IMG/VR virus record: IMGVR_UViG_3300015608_002795
Span: 64,001-109,311 of that record
DNA: 45,311 nt
Reading direction: 5' to 3' (one strand)
Origin: a virus
Taxonomy: Duplodnaviria; Heunggongvirae; Uroviricota; Caudoviricetes
Every line of letters starts with the position of its first letter. Position 1 is the first letter of the stretch. Under the pieces are notes generated by a model, which saw nothing but the letters and a program-made list of their open reading frames with translations, made no database searches and was not told the DNA's origin. The position numbers and the translations under genes are program-made. This document shows positions 28,830-39,560 of this stretch, in pieces.

Positions 28830-29612
28830 ATGAATACATATATTTATACATTAAAAGATCCAATAACAAATGAAATTAGATATATTGGCAAGGCTAACGA
28901 TCCTAATAAAAGAATACTTGATCACATAAAAGAATGCAAATCTTCTAATAAATCACACAAAATATCATGGGTAAAATCATTATTAGAAAAAAATCTTAAA
29001 CCAATTGTTGAAATATTAGATGAAGTTTCATCTGAGGAATGGGAAAGGTGTGAGCAATATTGGATATCACAATTTAAATCTTGGGGATTCAATCTTACTA
29101 ATATATCAAAAGGTGGATATGATAATTCATATAAAAGGAATGATGTTACGAAAAATAAAATGAGAAAGTCTAAATTAGGAACTAAACTTTCTAAATCACA
29201 AAGAGATAAAATATCAGAGTCTATTAAGAAAAAAGCTTCTGAAAATCCATTATATAATAGAGGTAAAGGAAATTCACGTATAATTTTAGATAAAGATGAA
29301 TTATATCAAAAATATATCATAGAAAATTTATCTTTAAATAAGTGCGCATCATATTTTGGTGTTAGTAAGAAAACAGTTTTTACAAACATAACGGAATATA
29401 ATTTTAAAAAGAAAAAGGACGATTGGTATTTGCAGTTATTTACAAATCCATATAAATCAGTTATACAATATAGTTTAGATGGGAAAAAGATTTCTGAATT
29501 TTTGTCCGCTTCTGATGCAAATAAGGCAACTGGAACAAATATATCAAGTATATCTAACTGTTGTTTGGGTCGGCAAAGGTCCGCCGGAGGTTTTATTTGG
29601 AAATATAAATAA
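28830..29612 (+). mobile_element. Free-standing GIY-YIG homing endonuclease with NUMOD3/NUMOD1-like DNA-binding modules
   Basis: YIYTL.DP...EIRYIGK....KR...H, E..WI, LTN...GG, TK.KMRKSK.G, and C-terminal VIQYSLDG...F.S..DA...I..CC.G...SAGGFIWKY. Confidence 0.88.
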
Positions 29613-29618
29613 TATATA
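29610..29618 (+). promoter_or_regulatory. Putative late promoter TAATATATA
   Basis: 4 nt upstream of the in-frame GTG 29623. Confidence 0.5.
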
Positions 29619-29622
29619 TCAT

Positions 29623-31269
29623 GTGAAGTATATTAAATTATATAAGATATTTGAATCAGTATATATTTCCTCAGAAACAATATCAATAATATCCAATGAA
29701 ATAAAGGAGGAAATTGACGATATTAATTTGGAAATATCTGAAGAAAATCCAAATAGGGATCGCTTCTGGGCTCAATCCACGGCCGATCTTCATAAGAATT
29801 TAAAATTAAGGATAGATGATTCACCAAAGCAATCAATTGTGGATGAATTACTCATTAAGTATGACTACATGATGCAAATAATTACACTAACAGGATCAGT
29901 TAGTATTTATAAATCTGCCATTAAGAAGCTTAAAAGAATATGTTCTTATTTATCCAATAAGCATAATATTGATTTGAATGTAATCTACATATTTGATACC
30001 TACGTAATCTCAGATAAAAAGTTATTATCTATAATAGATTGGATATTCTTTTTTGAATTTAGATATAGTCGTTCAATGTTTAATACACTTGATGGATCCG
30101 CCTTGAACGACTATACCTCACTATCTACACTACGTACTAAATGGAATATGTTATCTGATAGGGATTTTCTATTTAGATCTATGACAACCTCTTATAAAAC
30201 ATCATATTCATCTCATCCAGAGATTATTATACCTGGTTCATCATTTAATGGGTTTTTTGTGTATACTACTGATATTGATAAGAATAAAATATTAGTTTTT
30301 AAGTTTGATAGGGGTAATGATATTGGTGAAAATATGAAATATAATGTTGATATTTATTTCGATACGATATCTCCAAGGAATAAAATTATACCACTACCAC
30401 AACTAATTTCAAAAAGTGAATCTAATTTTACAAGAGTAGAAAGATTCACTATGGAATTTGATGTTTATGATAAAGAGAAAACAAGTGAGAATTTTTTTAA
30501 AATTCTAATAGATAAAACGATTCAATTTTTTAAAATTGAAAAAATGAATCTATTAAATAAAATATCAAGCCTATTAGAGGAAACAAATGAATTTTTTACA
30601 GCCGTCGAAATAGATGTATATTTGGAAAGTCGTGAGAACACACAATTAGGAATTGTACAATTTGTGATATATGATATTGATTTTGATGATGATAAAATAT
30701 TTACAATTTATGTTGATGATAATTTAAATATGTATATTAATTCTATTAAGGAGGAAAATAAAACATCTTTAGAGGAGTTAATACACGATATCTATTTAGA
30801 AATGCCGGAGAAGAATAAAGTGATGTTTGAAGGGGTAAGATATTATGAGATGATTTCTAACTTAGAATACAACGATTCAATATTTGGAAAAGGACTGGAT
30901 GAAGCAAACATAGATGAGGATTTTATTATTGAAAAATGGGATAAATTTAAAGATGGTGAAATCTCGGAAATAATGAAATTTTACCCAGGGGTGGAGGCCA
31001 GCAATTTTTTTCAGGTGAATAATTACTATATTTATTCATATATACTCGGTGGTAAGGATGATGACAATTTCGGTGAATTGATCATACTTGGAGAAGATGT
31101 AGTAAATAATAAGAGAGTATATACAATTAACCTGTCTGTTGTAAAATTAAAAGATGAATGGTATTACATATCCTTACCAAAACATAAATCTAAGTTATCC
31201 AAAATATCATATTGGAAATGTGATCAATTTGAAGGATTAATAGAATTTATAAAAAATGAAGTCAAATGA
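29623..31269 (+). CDS. Large hypothetical acidic protein with a capsid-targeting-like leader (MKYIKLYKIFES); start moved to GTG 29623
   Basis: The ORF-track extension overlaps the endonuclease gene; the motif and promoter support the GTG start. Confidence 0.6.
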   Translation: MKYIKLYKIFESVYISSETISIISNEIKEEIDDINLEISEENPNRDRFWAQSTADLHKNLKLRIDDSPKQSIVDELLIKYDYMMQIITLTGSVSIYKSAIKKLKRICSYLSNKHNIDLNVIYIFDTYVISDKKLLSIIDWIFFFEFRYSRSMFNTLDGSALNDYTSLSTLRTKWNMLSDRDFLFRSMTTSYKTSYSSHPEIIIPGSSFNGFFVYTTDIDKNKILVFKFDRGNDIGENMKYNVDIYFDTISPRNKIIPLPQLISKSESNFTRVERFTMEFDVYDKEKTSENFFKILIDKTIQFFKIEKMNLLNKISSLLEETNEFFTAVEIDVYLESRENTQLGIVQFVIYDIDFDDDKIFTIYVDDNLNMYINSIKEENKTSLEELIHDIYLEMPEKNKVMFEGVRYYEMISNLEYNDSIFGKGLDEANIDEDFIIEKWDKFKDGEISEIMKFYPGVEASNFFQVNNYYIYSYILGGKDDDNFGELIILGEDVVNNKRVYTINLSVVKLKDEWYYISLPKHKSKLSKISYWKCDQFEGLIEFIKNEVK

Positions 31270-31928
31270 ATAGTAGAGAATCAATAGAAGTTTTGGATAC
31301 AGTATCGGATATACTATTAGAATTAAATGATCAATTTGATATCGAGATAATGTTTGGATATGAAACTGTCCTAAATGTAGAGTCAAATTATAATAAAATT
31401 ATAAGTATTATCAGAGATTTTGAAAAGAATAAGAGAGAAATTCCAAAACTGGAATTTAGAATTATTACAAAAGATGGGATATCATTTAGTAATTTTAGTA
31501 ATGCCTATAATAATAAAGAAAGACCAGGTTATATAAGAAGAAAAAAAATGATAGCAGAGACAGCTTCAACGATTGTTAATAAACTCGATGCAATAAGTAA
31601 TAGAATGTCATCTATTTTAGATAAATATAAAATAAAAATAAATGATATAAAATATGATCAATATCCATTTCTATTAGTCGCCACTTCATTCGGACTTATT
31701 AAGGTGCCATTATTTGAAAAACATCAATTTGAAGAAGATGATATTACCAGGATGAGGAGAAATAACATCTCAATAAAATCATATGAAATAGATAAAGAAA
31801 AAATTGATAATCATAAAGATATACAATTGCTCTATGCTTATGTTCCTTTTGAAATATCAAAGGATAAACCTAAACCTACTAATAAGAAATTCAAGAATAA
31901 AATTAAAAAATTTATTGATTTCCTATGA
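31266..31928 (+). CDS. Hypothetical protein (VSDILLELND motif)
   Basis: ATGA overlap with the upstream gene. Confidence 0.6.
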   Translation: MNSRESIEVLDTVSDILLELNDQFDIEIMFGYETVLNVESNYNKIISIIRDFEKNKREIPKLEFRIITKDGISFSNFSNAYNNKERPGYIRRKKMIAETASTIVNKLDAISNRMSSILDKYKIKINDIKYDQYPFLLVATSFGLIKVPLFEKHQFEEDDITRMRRNNISIKSYEIDKEKIDNHKDIQLLYAYVPFEISKDKPKPTNKKFKNKIKKFIDFL

Positions 31929-32304
31929 TCTCATTTATTTTATTATCTCTCATCCTTTTGTGTGCTTCGCCGTCATATTTAATATAAGCTCCCCTCACAT
32001 ATTTAGTACCATTCATTTCTTGAAATCCATATAAAACATAACAATTAGGAAATGGATCAGATTTTATAGACTCTAAAGTGGATGTATTACATGATATTGA
32101 CCTTGAAAAAGCTTTATCATCTTCTATGTAGTATTGTATAAACGTTGGCTGGTTGGTAAAATACCTCAGTGATGGTAGTTCAGATAAATATTTTATATAC
32201 TTATCATCTTCTCCTATAAACCTTTGCTTTAATATATCATATTTTTCAATAGAGCTAATAGGTAGTTCAACTAAATGATTATTCATATTTATCTTATTTT
32301 GCAT
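31912..32304 (-). CDS. Hypothetical protein with C-terminal tag MRDNKINEII
   Basis: ORF track; last gene of the minus-strand run. Confidence 0.6.
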   Translation of the reverse strand: MQNKINMNNHLVELPISSIEKYDILKQRFIGEDDKYIKYLSELPSLRYFTNQPTFIQYYIEDDKAFSRSISCNTSTLESIKSDPFPNCYVLYGFQEMNGTKYVRGAYIKYDGEAHKRMRDNKINEIIGNQ

Positions 32305-33241
32305 GACCTATCCATCTAACTTGACTAAAGCAAGATAAATCTTTTCCCCCACCATATGATATAGAGCTTTGTAAGCACTCTTTAAGATATTGATAACCTT
32401 CTATCATGGTTTTGTCTCTATAGTCAATTAATATTTTTTTACCTTCAATCCTATTGGCTTTATTTGATTGATGAGCAGAGGCACTCCCCCAAAATTCTTT
32501 ATATTTTTTACCATTATACTCAATTACATTTCCAGGCGAATCTGAATATCCTGATAACATACCACCAATCATAACCATAGTTGCTCCCATAACTAAGCTT
32601 TTTGATATATCACCTGGTTCTTTAATACCACCATCCGCAATAATGGGCTTTTTAGCCACTTTAGCACACTCATGTATAATAGAAGCCTGACAATTTCTAC
32701 TACCAAATCCAGTTGCTGGATATGTAGTGCAGGCAGATCCAGGTCCAATGCCAACCTTAGTTGCATCAGCTCCCCAACTTTCTAAATCAATAACTGCTTC
32801 AGTTGTTGAGATATTGCCTGCTATAATGAAGGTATTTGGGAATTTTGATTTTAAATATATCATCATCTTTTCTGTTAAAATAGAATGTCCATGAGCTATG
32901 TCTATTGTAATATAATCAGGTATTAAATTTTGACTATATAAGCTTTCTAATAAATCATATGAATCCTGATTAACCCCAATTGATATTGAAACAAATAGGC
33001 CCAAATCTTTCATTTTTTTAACAAATCCATCGGTATTTCCAAATCTATGCATTATATAGAAATATCCATTTGATGCCAAAATAGATGCGATATCATCATC
33101 AATTACACACTCCATATTAGCTGGTATAATAGGCATGTTAAATCTATATTTACCAAATTCTAAAGATGTATCACATTCACTTCTTGATGTCACGATACAT
33201 TTTCTCGGTACCAAATTAATATCATTAAAATCAAATTTCAT
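32294..33241 (-). CDS. guaC: GMP reductase; start moved to ATG 33241
   Basis: FDFNDINLVP, PIIPANM, IDIAHGHS, IAGN, KVGIGPGSACTT, IADGGI, FWGSAS, LQSSISYGG. Confidence 0.92.
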   Translation of the reverse strand: MKFDFNDINLVPRKCIVTSRSECDTSLEFGKYRFNMPIIPANMECVIDDDIASILASNGYFYIMHRFGNTDGFVKKMKDLGLFVSISIGVNQDSYDLLESLYSQNLIPDYITIDIAHGHSILTEKMMIYLKSKFPNTFIIAGNISTTEAVIDLESWGADATKVGIGPGSACTTYPATGFGSRNCQASIIHECAKVAKKPIIADGGIKEPGDISKSLVMGATMVMIGGMLSGYSDSPGNVIEYNGKKYKEFWGSASAHQSNKANRIEGKKILIDYRDKTMIEGYQYLKECLQSSISYGGGKDLSCFSQVRWIGHAK

Positions 33242-33242
33242 A

Positions 33243-33548
33243 TTAATAAAATGAGTATTTTTCATTTTCAATAATGCAGTAAATAGAGCAAGGAATTAAA
33301 TTTATATGATTCTCATGTGTATCATCAACTACAAATCTTACACACCCATCTATAATTTCTTGATTTGTTATTCTAATGGTCATATTATTCAACCCTTTTA
33401 ACATAATATAAATAGGATCCTTTTTATCTATTTTCAAATGTGTTTTCTTACCACATAGTTTCCCATTTTCGTCTGAAAAATAAGATTTTTTAATCACACT
33501 TTCTAATTCTTTTTTCTTATCGAATTCAATTTTCATTTCGTACTTCAT
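33243..33548 (-). CDS. Hypothetical protein; start moved to ATG 33548
   Basis: Fits between the SDR and guaC genes without overlap. Confidence 0.55.
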   Translation of the reverse strand: MKYEMKIEFDKKKELESVIKKSYFSDENGKLCGKKTHLKIDKKDPIYIMLKGLNNMTIRITNQEIIDGCVRFVVDDTHENHINLIPCSIYCIIENEKYSFY

Positions 33549-33556
33549 AAATAATA

Positions 33557-34555
33557 TTATTTTGATTTCCAAAAGGAGTATATTCCCTTTTCTAATTCAT
33601 AAGTTCCCCAATGAAACCTATCTCTCTTCGGTTGTTTTTTTGCCCATTCCCACATTTGAGATAACCCATCATGAAGACTTGTCTTATCATAGTATCCTAA
33701 TAACTGCATAGATTTTAACCAAGTTGGATGAGCATCTTTGACTTCATGCCGTGCTTCTTTATATACAACTTCACCATCATTTATAACTTCCCTTAGAATT
33801 TTATTAGCTTCGTTAATTGTATAATAGGTTGTTCCACCTACATTAATAATTTCTTTAGAACAGTTTTCCTGAATGGCTGCTTTCCATAGTGGTTCTAGAC
33901 AGTCGTCAATGTAACTAAAAGCCCTAGTTTGTTCACCATCTCCGAATATAGTCATTGATTCATTATTCATGTATTGATACATCCATATGCCTAACACATT
34001 TCTATATCTATCCCATATATTTTGATTTGTTCCATATACATTATGTGGACGAATTATACACCAATCTAATCCATGTTGTTCACCAGCAACTTTAATATCC
34101 ATTTCACATGCATATTTAGCAATTCCATATGGGTCAACTGGTGCAGGAATATGTGATTCGTCAAATGGTGGAGTTCCATGTCCATAGACTGCCATTGTAG
34201 ATGTAAATATTAAACGTTTAACATCATAACGGATACATTCATTAATAACATTAGCAGTAGCAACTAAATTATTTTGATAATTAAATTGTCTGATAAATGG
34301 TGATAACCCTTCTGCAGCATAAGCAGCAAAGTGATAGACATATTCTGGTCGTTCGACCTCAAAAATTGATTTTAGTCCGGGATCTTTTAAATCCATTAGA
34401 TGAAATTTAACTTTTGGATTAATATTATCACGATATCCACCACTTAAATCATCAATGCCAATTACCGTATATTCGGGTTTATTTTCAATTATCCAATCTG
34501 CTAATTTTGACCCAATTAATCCCGCAACTCCTGTGATCAATATTTTTTTATCCAT
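33557..34555 (-). CDS. NAD-dependent epimerase/dehydratase (extended SDR)
   Basis: ILITGVAGLIG, GIDDLSGG, YHFAAYAAE, FTSTMAVYG, YGIAK, RPHNVYG, QTRAFSYIDD. Confidence 0.92.
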   Translation of the reverse strand: MDKKILITGVAGLIGSKLADWIIENKPEYTVIGIDDLSGGYRDNINPKVKFHLMDLKDPGLKSIFEVERPEYVYHFAAYAAEGLSPFIRQFNYQNNLVATANVINECIRYDVKRLIFTSTMAVYGHGTPPFDESHIPAPVDPYGIAKYACEMDIKVAGEQHGLDWCIIRPHNVYGTNQNIWDRYRNVLGIWMYQYMNNESMTIFGDGEQTRAFSYIDDCLEPLWKAAIQENCSKEIINVGGTTYYTINEANKILREVINDGEVVYKEARHEVKDAHPTWLKSMQLLGYYDKTSLHDGLSQMWEWAKKQPKRDRFHWGTYELEKGIYSFWKSK

Positions 34556-34584
34556 TTAGTTTATTATTTTTACTCTACTTATAG

Positions 34585-35625
34585 TTATAATACATCTCTA
34601 AGTTTCTCAAAAGCTTTCCTTTGATCACTGGTTATAATTTTCGGTATCTTAACATTAAGCTTAACATTTAAATCGCCATATCCATAAATATTACCATTTT
34701 GTGATAAGTTTGGAACTCCTTTTCCCTTTATAACAACCACCTTACCACTTTCACATCCTGCGGGCACTTTAATATTCACCACCCCATTTGGTGTATCAAT
34801 TTGTATATCACTACCTAATACAGCATCTGATATACTTATCCATTCTTCACAATTTAAATTTGTATTTTCTCTTTTAAATTTATCATCTGGTATCTCTTCT
34901 ATGACAATATAAAGATCTCCCGCCTCACCATCTCTTATGAAATTACCATATCCTGGCATAGTTAATTGCATACCACTTAAAGCACCTGCCGGAATTTTAA
35001 TATCAATGGTTTCTTCTTTGTAAACAATTCCTTCTCCGTGACAATCAACACATCTGTTTTTAACAGTTTTTCCTTGTCCGTTACATTCATTACAGGTCAT
35101 CACTTGTTGAATTCGACCGATAGGAGATTCTTGAATGATTACTCTTTGTCCTTTTCCTCCACATGTGTTACAATTTGTTGTATCTGTTCCACCATGTCCA
35201 TTACAAGTGCCACACTTATCATGTCTTTTGTATTTTATTTTTTTATCCGAACCAAAAAGAACTTCAATTAATGTTAGTGAGGTCTTAATTCTTAAGTCAT
35301 TGCCTTTCCTTTGCTTTTGATGTCTTCCGAATCCACCAAATCCACCAAATCCACCGAATAAATCTTCAAATTGTGAGAAAATATCGTTCATATTAAATGA
35401 GTGTGAGTGGAAACTTTGTCCACCAGCTGAACCAAATTGATCGTAATTATTTTTCTTTTGTGGATCAGACAAAACATCATAGGCTTCTGCAAGCTCTTTA
35501 AATTTATCTTCATCGCCTCCTTTATCCGGGTGATGTTCAATTGCCTTTTTTCTGTAAGCTTTTTTTATTTCATCAGGGTTAGCACTCTTGTCTACTCCTA
35601 ATATTTCGTAATAGTTTTTATTCAT
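34585..35625 (-). CDS. dnaJ: DnaJ co-chaperone
   Basis: YYEILGV, HPD, G/F-rich linker and four CxxCxGxG motifs. Confidence 0.95.
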   Translation of the reverse strand: MNKNYYEILGVDKSANPDEIKKAYRKKAIEHHPDKGGDEDKFKELAEAYDVLSDPQKKNNYDQFGSAGGQSFHSHSFNMNDIFSQFEDLFGGFGGFGGFGRHQKQRKGNDLRIKTSLTLIEVLFGSDKKIKYKRHDKCGTCNGHGGTDTTNCNTCGGKGQRVIIQESPIGRIQQVMTCNECNGQGKTVKNRCVDCHGEGIVYKEETIDIKIPAGALSGMQLTMPGYGNFIRDGEAGDLYIVIEEIPDDKFKRENTNLNCEEWISISDAVLGSDIQIDTPNGVVNIKVPAGCESGKVVVIKGKGVPNLSQNGNIYGYGDLNVKLNVKIPKIITSDQRKAFEKLRDVL

Positions 35626-35627
35626 AT

Positions 35628-36329
35628 TTAATTTTTATTTTCCCAATATGTTCCTATAAGATAGTTTGGCATTTTCCCCTCACTAATTAGTCTCTTCATT
35701 ACCATCATGTCATTGAGTTTAACTGGATCAAATTTTGGTTTTAGCTCTAAATTATCAGATGTTGCTGATACAAACCCATCACATTTAATTCCATCAACTA
35801 TATAATTATTTCTACTTTTGTAAAATAACCAGTCATCACCTGCCCATATTTTCATTTCGTTAGGTATTTCGATATAACTTTTTTTATGCATGAAAAAACA
35901 ACAAGCAAAAGAATCTTGCCGATTTCTATTTATATAGTCAGGTTGAATCGGTATCATATTTAAAGACTCAACCTCTGTTTTAAAATTGTTATTAGACATT
36001 CCTATCATGCCGTTATCCTCTGTTATATATTTTGATATTTCTTTCAGGTGATTCCAATTAAACCAAACATCATCACTTAAAAAACACATTTTATCAAACC
36101 TAGCCAATTGGGCACCCTTATTCCAAGCGGGGTTCACATAAGTATTTTCTGGCTCACATATATATTTAATTTTAGTTAAATTTCTAAGATTACTTAATTG
36201 AAACCTTGAAGGATTTGTAGTGTTATCAATTAAAATAATTTCTCCAACCTCATCACATTGTGATAACTCCTGAAGTGTTTGATGAATTCGACTGACTTTA
36301 AATAAAGTTGGTATAATAAAACTTATCAT
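35628..36329 (-). CDS. Family 2 glycosyltransferase
   Basis: [37 protein letters not shown]. Confidence 0.8.
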   Translation of the reverse strand: MISFIIPTLFKVSRIHQTLQELSQCDEVGEIILIDNTTNPSRFQLSNLRNLTKIKYICEPENTYVNPAWNKGAQLARFDKMCFLSDDVWFNWNHLKEISKYITEDNGMIGMSNNNFKTEVESLNMIPIQPDYINRNRQDSFACCFFMHKKSYIEIPNEMKIWAGDDWLFYKSRNNYIVDGIKCDGFVSATSDNLELKPKFDPVKLNDMMVMKRLISEGKMPNYLIGTYWENKN

Positions 36330-36342
36330 CTGTTATTATTTT

Positions 36343-36351
36343 TAATATATA
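36343..36351 (+). promoter_or_regulatory. Putative late promoter TAATATATA in a divergent gap
   Basis: 16 nt upstream of ATG 36368. Confidence 0.5.
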
Positions 36352-36367
36352 TGATCAAAATCTTTTT

Positions 36368-36823
36368 ATGTTTAATATGCTTAAAAGTTGGAACATGTTT
36401 AATGAGTCTGCTTACGATAAAATAAAGCTAGATAATATTCAAAAGTATATGTATAGTGAAGAAGATTATAAAATGGTAAATAAAATTAGGAAATCCACAG
36501 AAAAAATTGAAAAGGAGTATGGGTTTACTATAGATTTTGATAGATTTGACAAAATGGGGCTTCCATTTATTGACATTAAAGAAAAAAGTAAAGATAGAGG
36601 AGATAACCTTTTTGCCACGTATAAGATCAAAGATCGAAATTTTTCTATGTGGTATGTAAAAAAATTAGAACAAACATGTAATATGAGCGTTTGGGACTCG
36701 GATTATGTATGGCCAGATCTAACATCAATTACACCTAATATGACTTTTGATAATTATTATCTCAGTATAAAAGGAGATTTTTTTGATGAACTCGAAAGAG
36801 TTTACTATATTTACTATCAATAA
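36368..36823 (+). CDS. Hypothetical protein with a capsid-targeting-like leader (MLKSWNMFNES)
   Basis: ORF track; promoter and leader motif. Confidence 0.6.
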   Translation: MFNMLKSWNMFNESAYDKIKLDNIQKYMYSEEDYKMVNKIRKSTEKIEKEYGFTIDFDRFDKMGLPFIDIKEKSKDRGDNLFATYKIKDRNFSMWYVKKLEQTCNMSVWDSDYVWPDLTSITPNMTFDNYYLSIKGDFFDELERVYYIYYQ

Positions 36824-36838
36824 AAATAATATTAAAAA

Positions 36839-37732
36839 ATGATTTACAATAAAATATATGACTTTTGTAAAGTAAAAAATAAGGGAAACTGCTTTATGAA
36901 TGGCCCTGAGCCAACACCAAGAGTTAAGTTTATAATGGATCTCTTGGATACAGAGGGTATTGAATATGAATTGGATGTATTCGAGGGTGAGAAAAGAAAG
37001 CCATATAAATTTGAAGATAGTCCAGAAAGAAAAAGAGAAAAAAAGTCCGGTAGACCAGAGAGAAACCCAAAAAGAGGAATGTTTGATTTTCTTACTGATT
37101 TAGGTATTAAGAAGATTGAAGACGATGAACCAGAATTTGTAAATAAATATTTCAATATTATTATGAGAGGTAGCTCAAATAAAATGATAGTTGCCCATCA
37201 TGATATTAATAATCCAAGACCTGATAACGCTAATGATAATTCTTGCTCAGTAATAAATGTTATCGCTACAAAAAAATTAAGACCAGAAATAAATGCTGTC
37301 CTTTTAGATGGTGAAGAATTTGGTGGAATAGGATCTAATCACCTTTCTAAACAAATTAAAGCGGGTGAATTTGGGGTTATTGATTGGGTATTAAACTTTG
37401 AACTAACTGGGAAAGGAGGTAAATATTTCTTTATTGGGGATTATCCTGGTAGATTAAGTGATAAAATAACTGGTAGATTCAATTGTCCAATTGTTCATAC
37501 TCCATTTAATGATTCTGTTATTTTAAGAAGACATGGAATTGACTCTGTTGTTATTAACCCAATACCACCTCTTCCAGATGGTGAAACATCGAGTGTGCAA
37601 GCACCAGATGGTAAATATCTTGATATTAGTATGCTTTACAACTGCCACTCTATGAAAGATTCACTATCTACTATATCAGTAGAAGATATGAAAGAATTTG
37701 TAGAAGAAGTGGTGCTAAAAATTATTGACTAA
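36839..37732 (+). CDS. M28-family Zn metallopeptidase with a charged insertion
   Basis: VAHHD, ANDN.CSV, DGEEFGG.GS, LNFE, HSM.D. Confidence 0.8.
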   Translation: MIYNKIYDFCKVKNKGNCFMNGPEPTPRVKFIMDLLDTEGIEYELDVFEGEKRKPYKFEDSPERKREKKSGRPERNPKRGMFDFLTDLGIKKIEDDEPEFVNKYFNIIMRGSSNKMIVAHHDINNPRPDNANDNSCSVINVIATKKLRPEINAVLLDGEEFGGIGSNHLSKQIKAGEFGVIDWVLNFELTGKGGKYFFIGDYPGRLSDKITGRFNCPIVHTPFNDSVILRRHGIDSVVINPIPPLPDGETSSVQAPDGKYLDISMLYNCHSMKDSLSTISVEDMKEFVEEVVLKIID

Positions 37733-38082
37733 TGGATTACATTGTTTCTAATATTACTACCCGTGGAGAGATTAGAATATCTAATAAGGAAATGGAAGGT
37801 AAATTAATTTATAAGGGTCACCGATTAGGACTGCCGGATGATTTACTTCCTCACATTATTCACTATACTCATGAGAAATTCAGAAACTCTTATTATTTCC
37901 TGGATTATAAGAAATGGAAAGATATTTATAATTTTGAGAAACTCACCCCACAAATGAATAAGTGTTGGTTTAAAGAAACTGATAATAAAAAAGCATTACT
38001 AAATTCTTATAAATTGCTATTAGAAACACTAAAAGAAGAAGTTGGTGATTTTAAAAATATTTATGTAGTTGAGGTAATTTAA
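37732..38082 (+). CDS. Hypothetical protein
   Basis: TAATG coupling to the peptidase gene. Confidence 0.55.
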   Translation: MDYIVSNITTRGEIRISNKEMEGKLIYKGHRLGLPDDLLPHIIHYTHEKFRNSYYFLDYKKWKDIYNFEKLTPQMNKCWFKETDNKKALLNSYKLLLETLKEEVGDFKNIYVVEVI

Positions 38083-38092
38083 TATCTAAAAT

Positions 38093-38101
38093 TAATATAT
38101 A
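38093..38101 (+). promoter_or_regulatory. Putative late promoter TAATATATA
   Basis: 5 nt upstream of ATG 38107. Confidence 0.5.
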
Positions 38102-38106
38102 ATGAT

Positions 38107-38706
38107 ATGAGTAGTAAATTTGATATTTCCGAAGACGATTTTTTAATTTCAAAAAATTCCGTATTAATATTATTAGATCAATTAATTGAAGAATATTCTG
38201 ATTTTACAAATGATGTGTCTCCTAAACATTGGAGAACAACAGGACATCATATAACCGAATTAAAGAAGATGAGGGATGAAATCAAAGATCGTTTGACACC
38301 AATCACTATTGAGGAAAAAGAAATAGATTGGGTTAAAGATGCTAGGAAAAAAGATGATGAAAGTAAGGAGAAAATCGCATCTGATATGGAAACGGTTGAC
38401 CGAATTGAAAATGAGGTAAAATCTGTAAGAAATTATGTAAAAATGAAAAGTTCACAAATGAATAACCATATGGAAACTGTCGATGGTTATTTAAATAAAA
38501 ATAGAATAAAAAAGTTCGAATCGTTTGAAAATAAAATATCACATATTAGTAAACTAAAAGTTGGAGATAAGATCATATATCAAGGATCTAAATGCGAAGT
38601 TTTAACGGAAGATGATTTTTCAATTCGAGTTAAATCACTACAAACCGATAGAGAATTTACAATCAATCAAGGCCAAATAGAAGAAAGTGGATTGAGATTT
38701 GCTTAA
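38107..38706 (+). CDS. Hypothetical late protein with an internal IKKFESFEN motif and a C-terminal SH3/KOW-like module
   Basis: LKVGDKIIYQG..CEVL; repeated METVD. Confidence 0.55.
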   Translation: MSSKFDISEDDFLISKNSVLILLDQLIEEYSDFTNDVSPKHWRTTGHHITELKKMRDEIKDRLTPITIEEKEIDWVKDARKKDDESKEKIASDMETVDRIENEVKSVRNYVKMKSSQMNNHMETVDGYLNKNRIKKFESFENKISHISKLKVGDKIIYQGSKCEVLTEDDFSIRVKSLQTDREFTINQGQIEESGLRFA

Positions 38707-38713
38707 ATTTTAG

Positions 38714-38721
38714 TATATTTG
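38714..38721 (+). promoter_or_regulatory. Bacteroidota-type promoter (TTG at 38692, 19-nt spacer, TATATTTG)
   Basis: Both elements have consensus-like spacing, 14 nt upstream of ATG 38736. Confidence 0.6.
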
Positions 38722-38735
38722 GGCAAAACAATTAA

Positions 38736-39491
38736 ATGAAATACTTAATACAAGACAGCCTATACAAAGAATTTCATGAGGAAAGATTAATTCATACTTT
38801 GAACCGAATGGGTTTAGAATATGAAATGTTTAGCTTGCAATATTTTGTTGATGATATAGAAGTTAAAACAGATAGAACCGATGTAATGGTTTTTGGCGCA
38901 GTTAAGGCTGCCCATCTAGCAAAAAAGTATAAATGGAATCCAGGATCCTTCTATAATGAAAATCATGATTATATCGTTTATTCCAAATATTATAAGGAAA
39001 ATATGTTAAATTGGGATTCTAAGATTCAAAAGGCTTCAGATACAATAGATATAGATGGTCCGTTTTTTGCTCGACCAACTGGAGATACAAAATTATTTAA
39101 GGGTAAGGCATATGAAAATGTAGAAGAGTGGAATAATGACGCGTCTTATTTTTTAACTAATAACCCAAATTCTAAAGATGAATTGATTCAAGTGGATCCA
39201 TTGCAAAATATTTTACAGGAAATTAGATGCTTTATTGTAAAAGGTAAGGTAATTACTGCGTCAATGTATAAACTCGGTAACGTAGTTTTATATAAAGAGT
39301 GTATGGATGATGATATTATAGAATATGCCAATAATATGGCATCCATCTATCAACCAGCTGACGCATTTGTGATGGATATCTGTCGGACAGACAATGGGGT
39401 AAAGATAGTTGAATGTAATTGTATTAATTGTGCAGGATTTTATGACATTGATATGCAAAAATTAATTGTATCTTTAGAGGATAATTTTTAA
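38736..39491 (+). CDS. ATP-grasp protein (DUF4343/R2K-like)
   Basis: FARP....KLFKG, EIRCFIV.GKVITASMY, AFVMDI, KIVECNCINCAGFY. Confidence 0.82.
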   Translation: MKYLIQDSLYKEFHEERLIHTLNRMGLEYEMFSLQYFVDDIEVKTDRTDVMVFGAVKAAHLAKKYKWNPGSFYNENHDYIVYSKYYKENMLNWDSKIQKASDTIDIDGPFFARPTGDTKLFKGKAYENVEEWNNDASYFLTNNPNSKDELIQVDPLQNILQEIRCFIVKGKVITASMYKLGNVVLYKECMDDDIIEYANNMASIYQPADAFVMDICRTDNGVKIVECNCINCAGFYDIDMQKLIVSLEDNF

Positions 39492-39560
39492 CATGGAATT
39501 TTATTATAGAAATAAAAAACTAATAACACCATTTATTAGAGATAAAAAAATAGATATTAT

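Noticed and set aside
29479-29622. N-terminal extension of the 29479..31269 ORF
   Set aside because: It overlaps the endonuclease C-terminus, and the promoter motif and leader indicate GTG 29623
35333-35358. Tandem ccaccaaat repeat
   Set aside because: It encodes the normal [11 protein letters not shown]-rich linker of DnaJ
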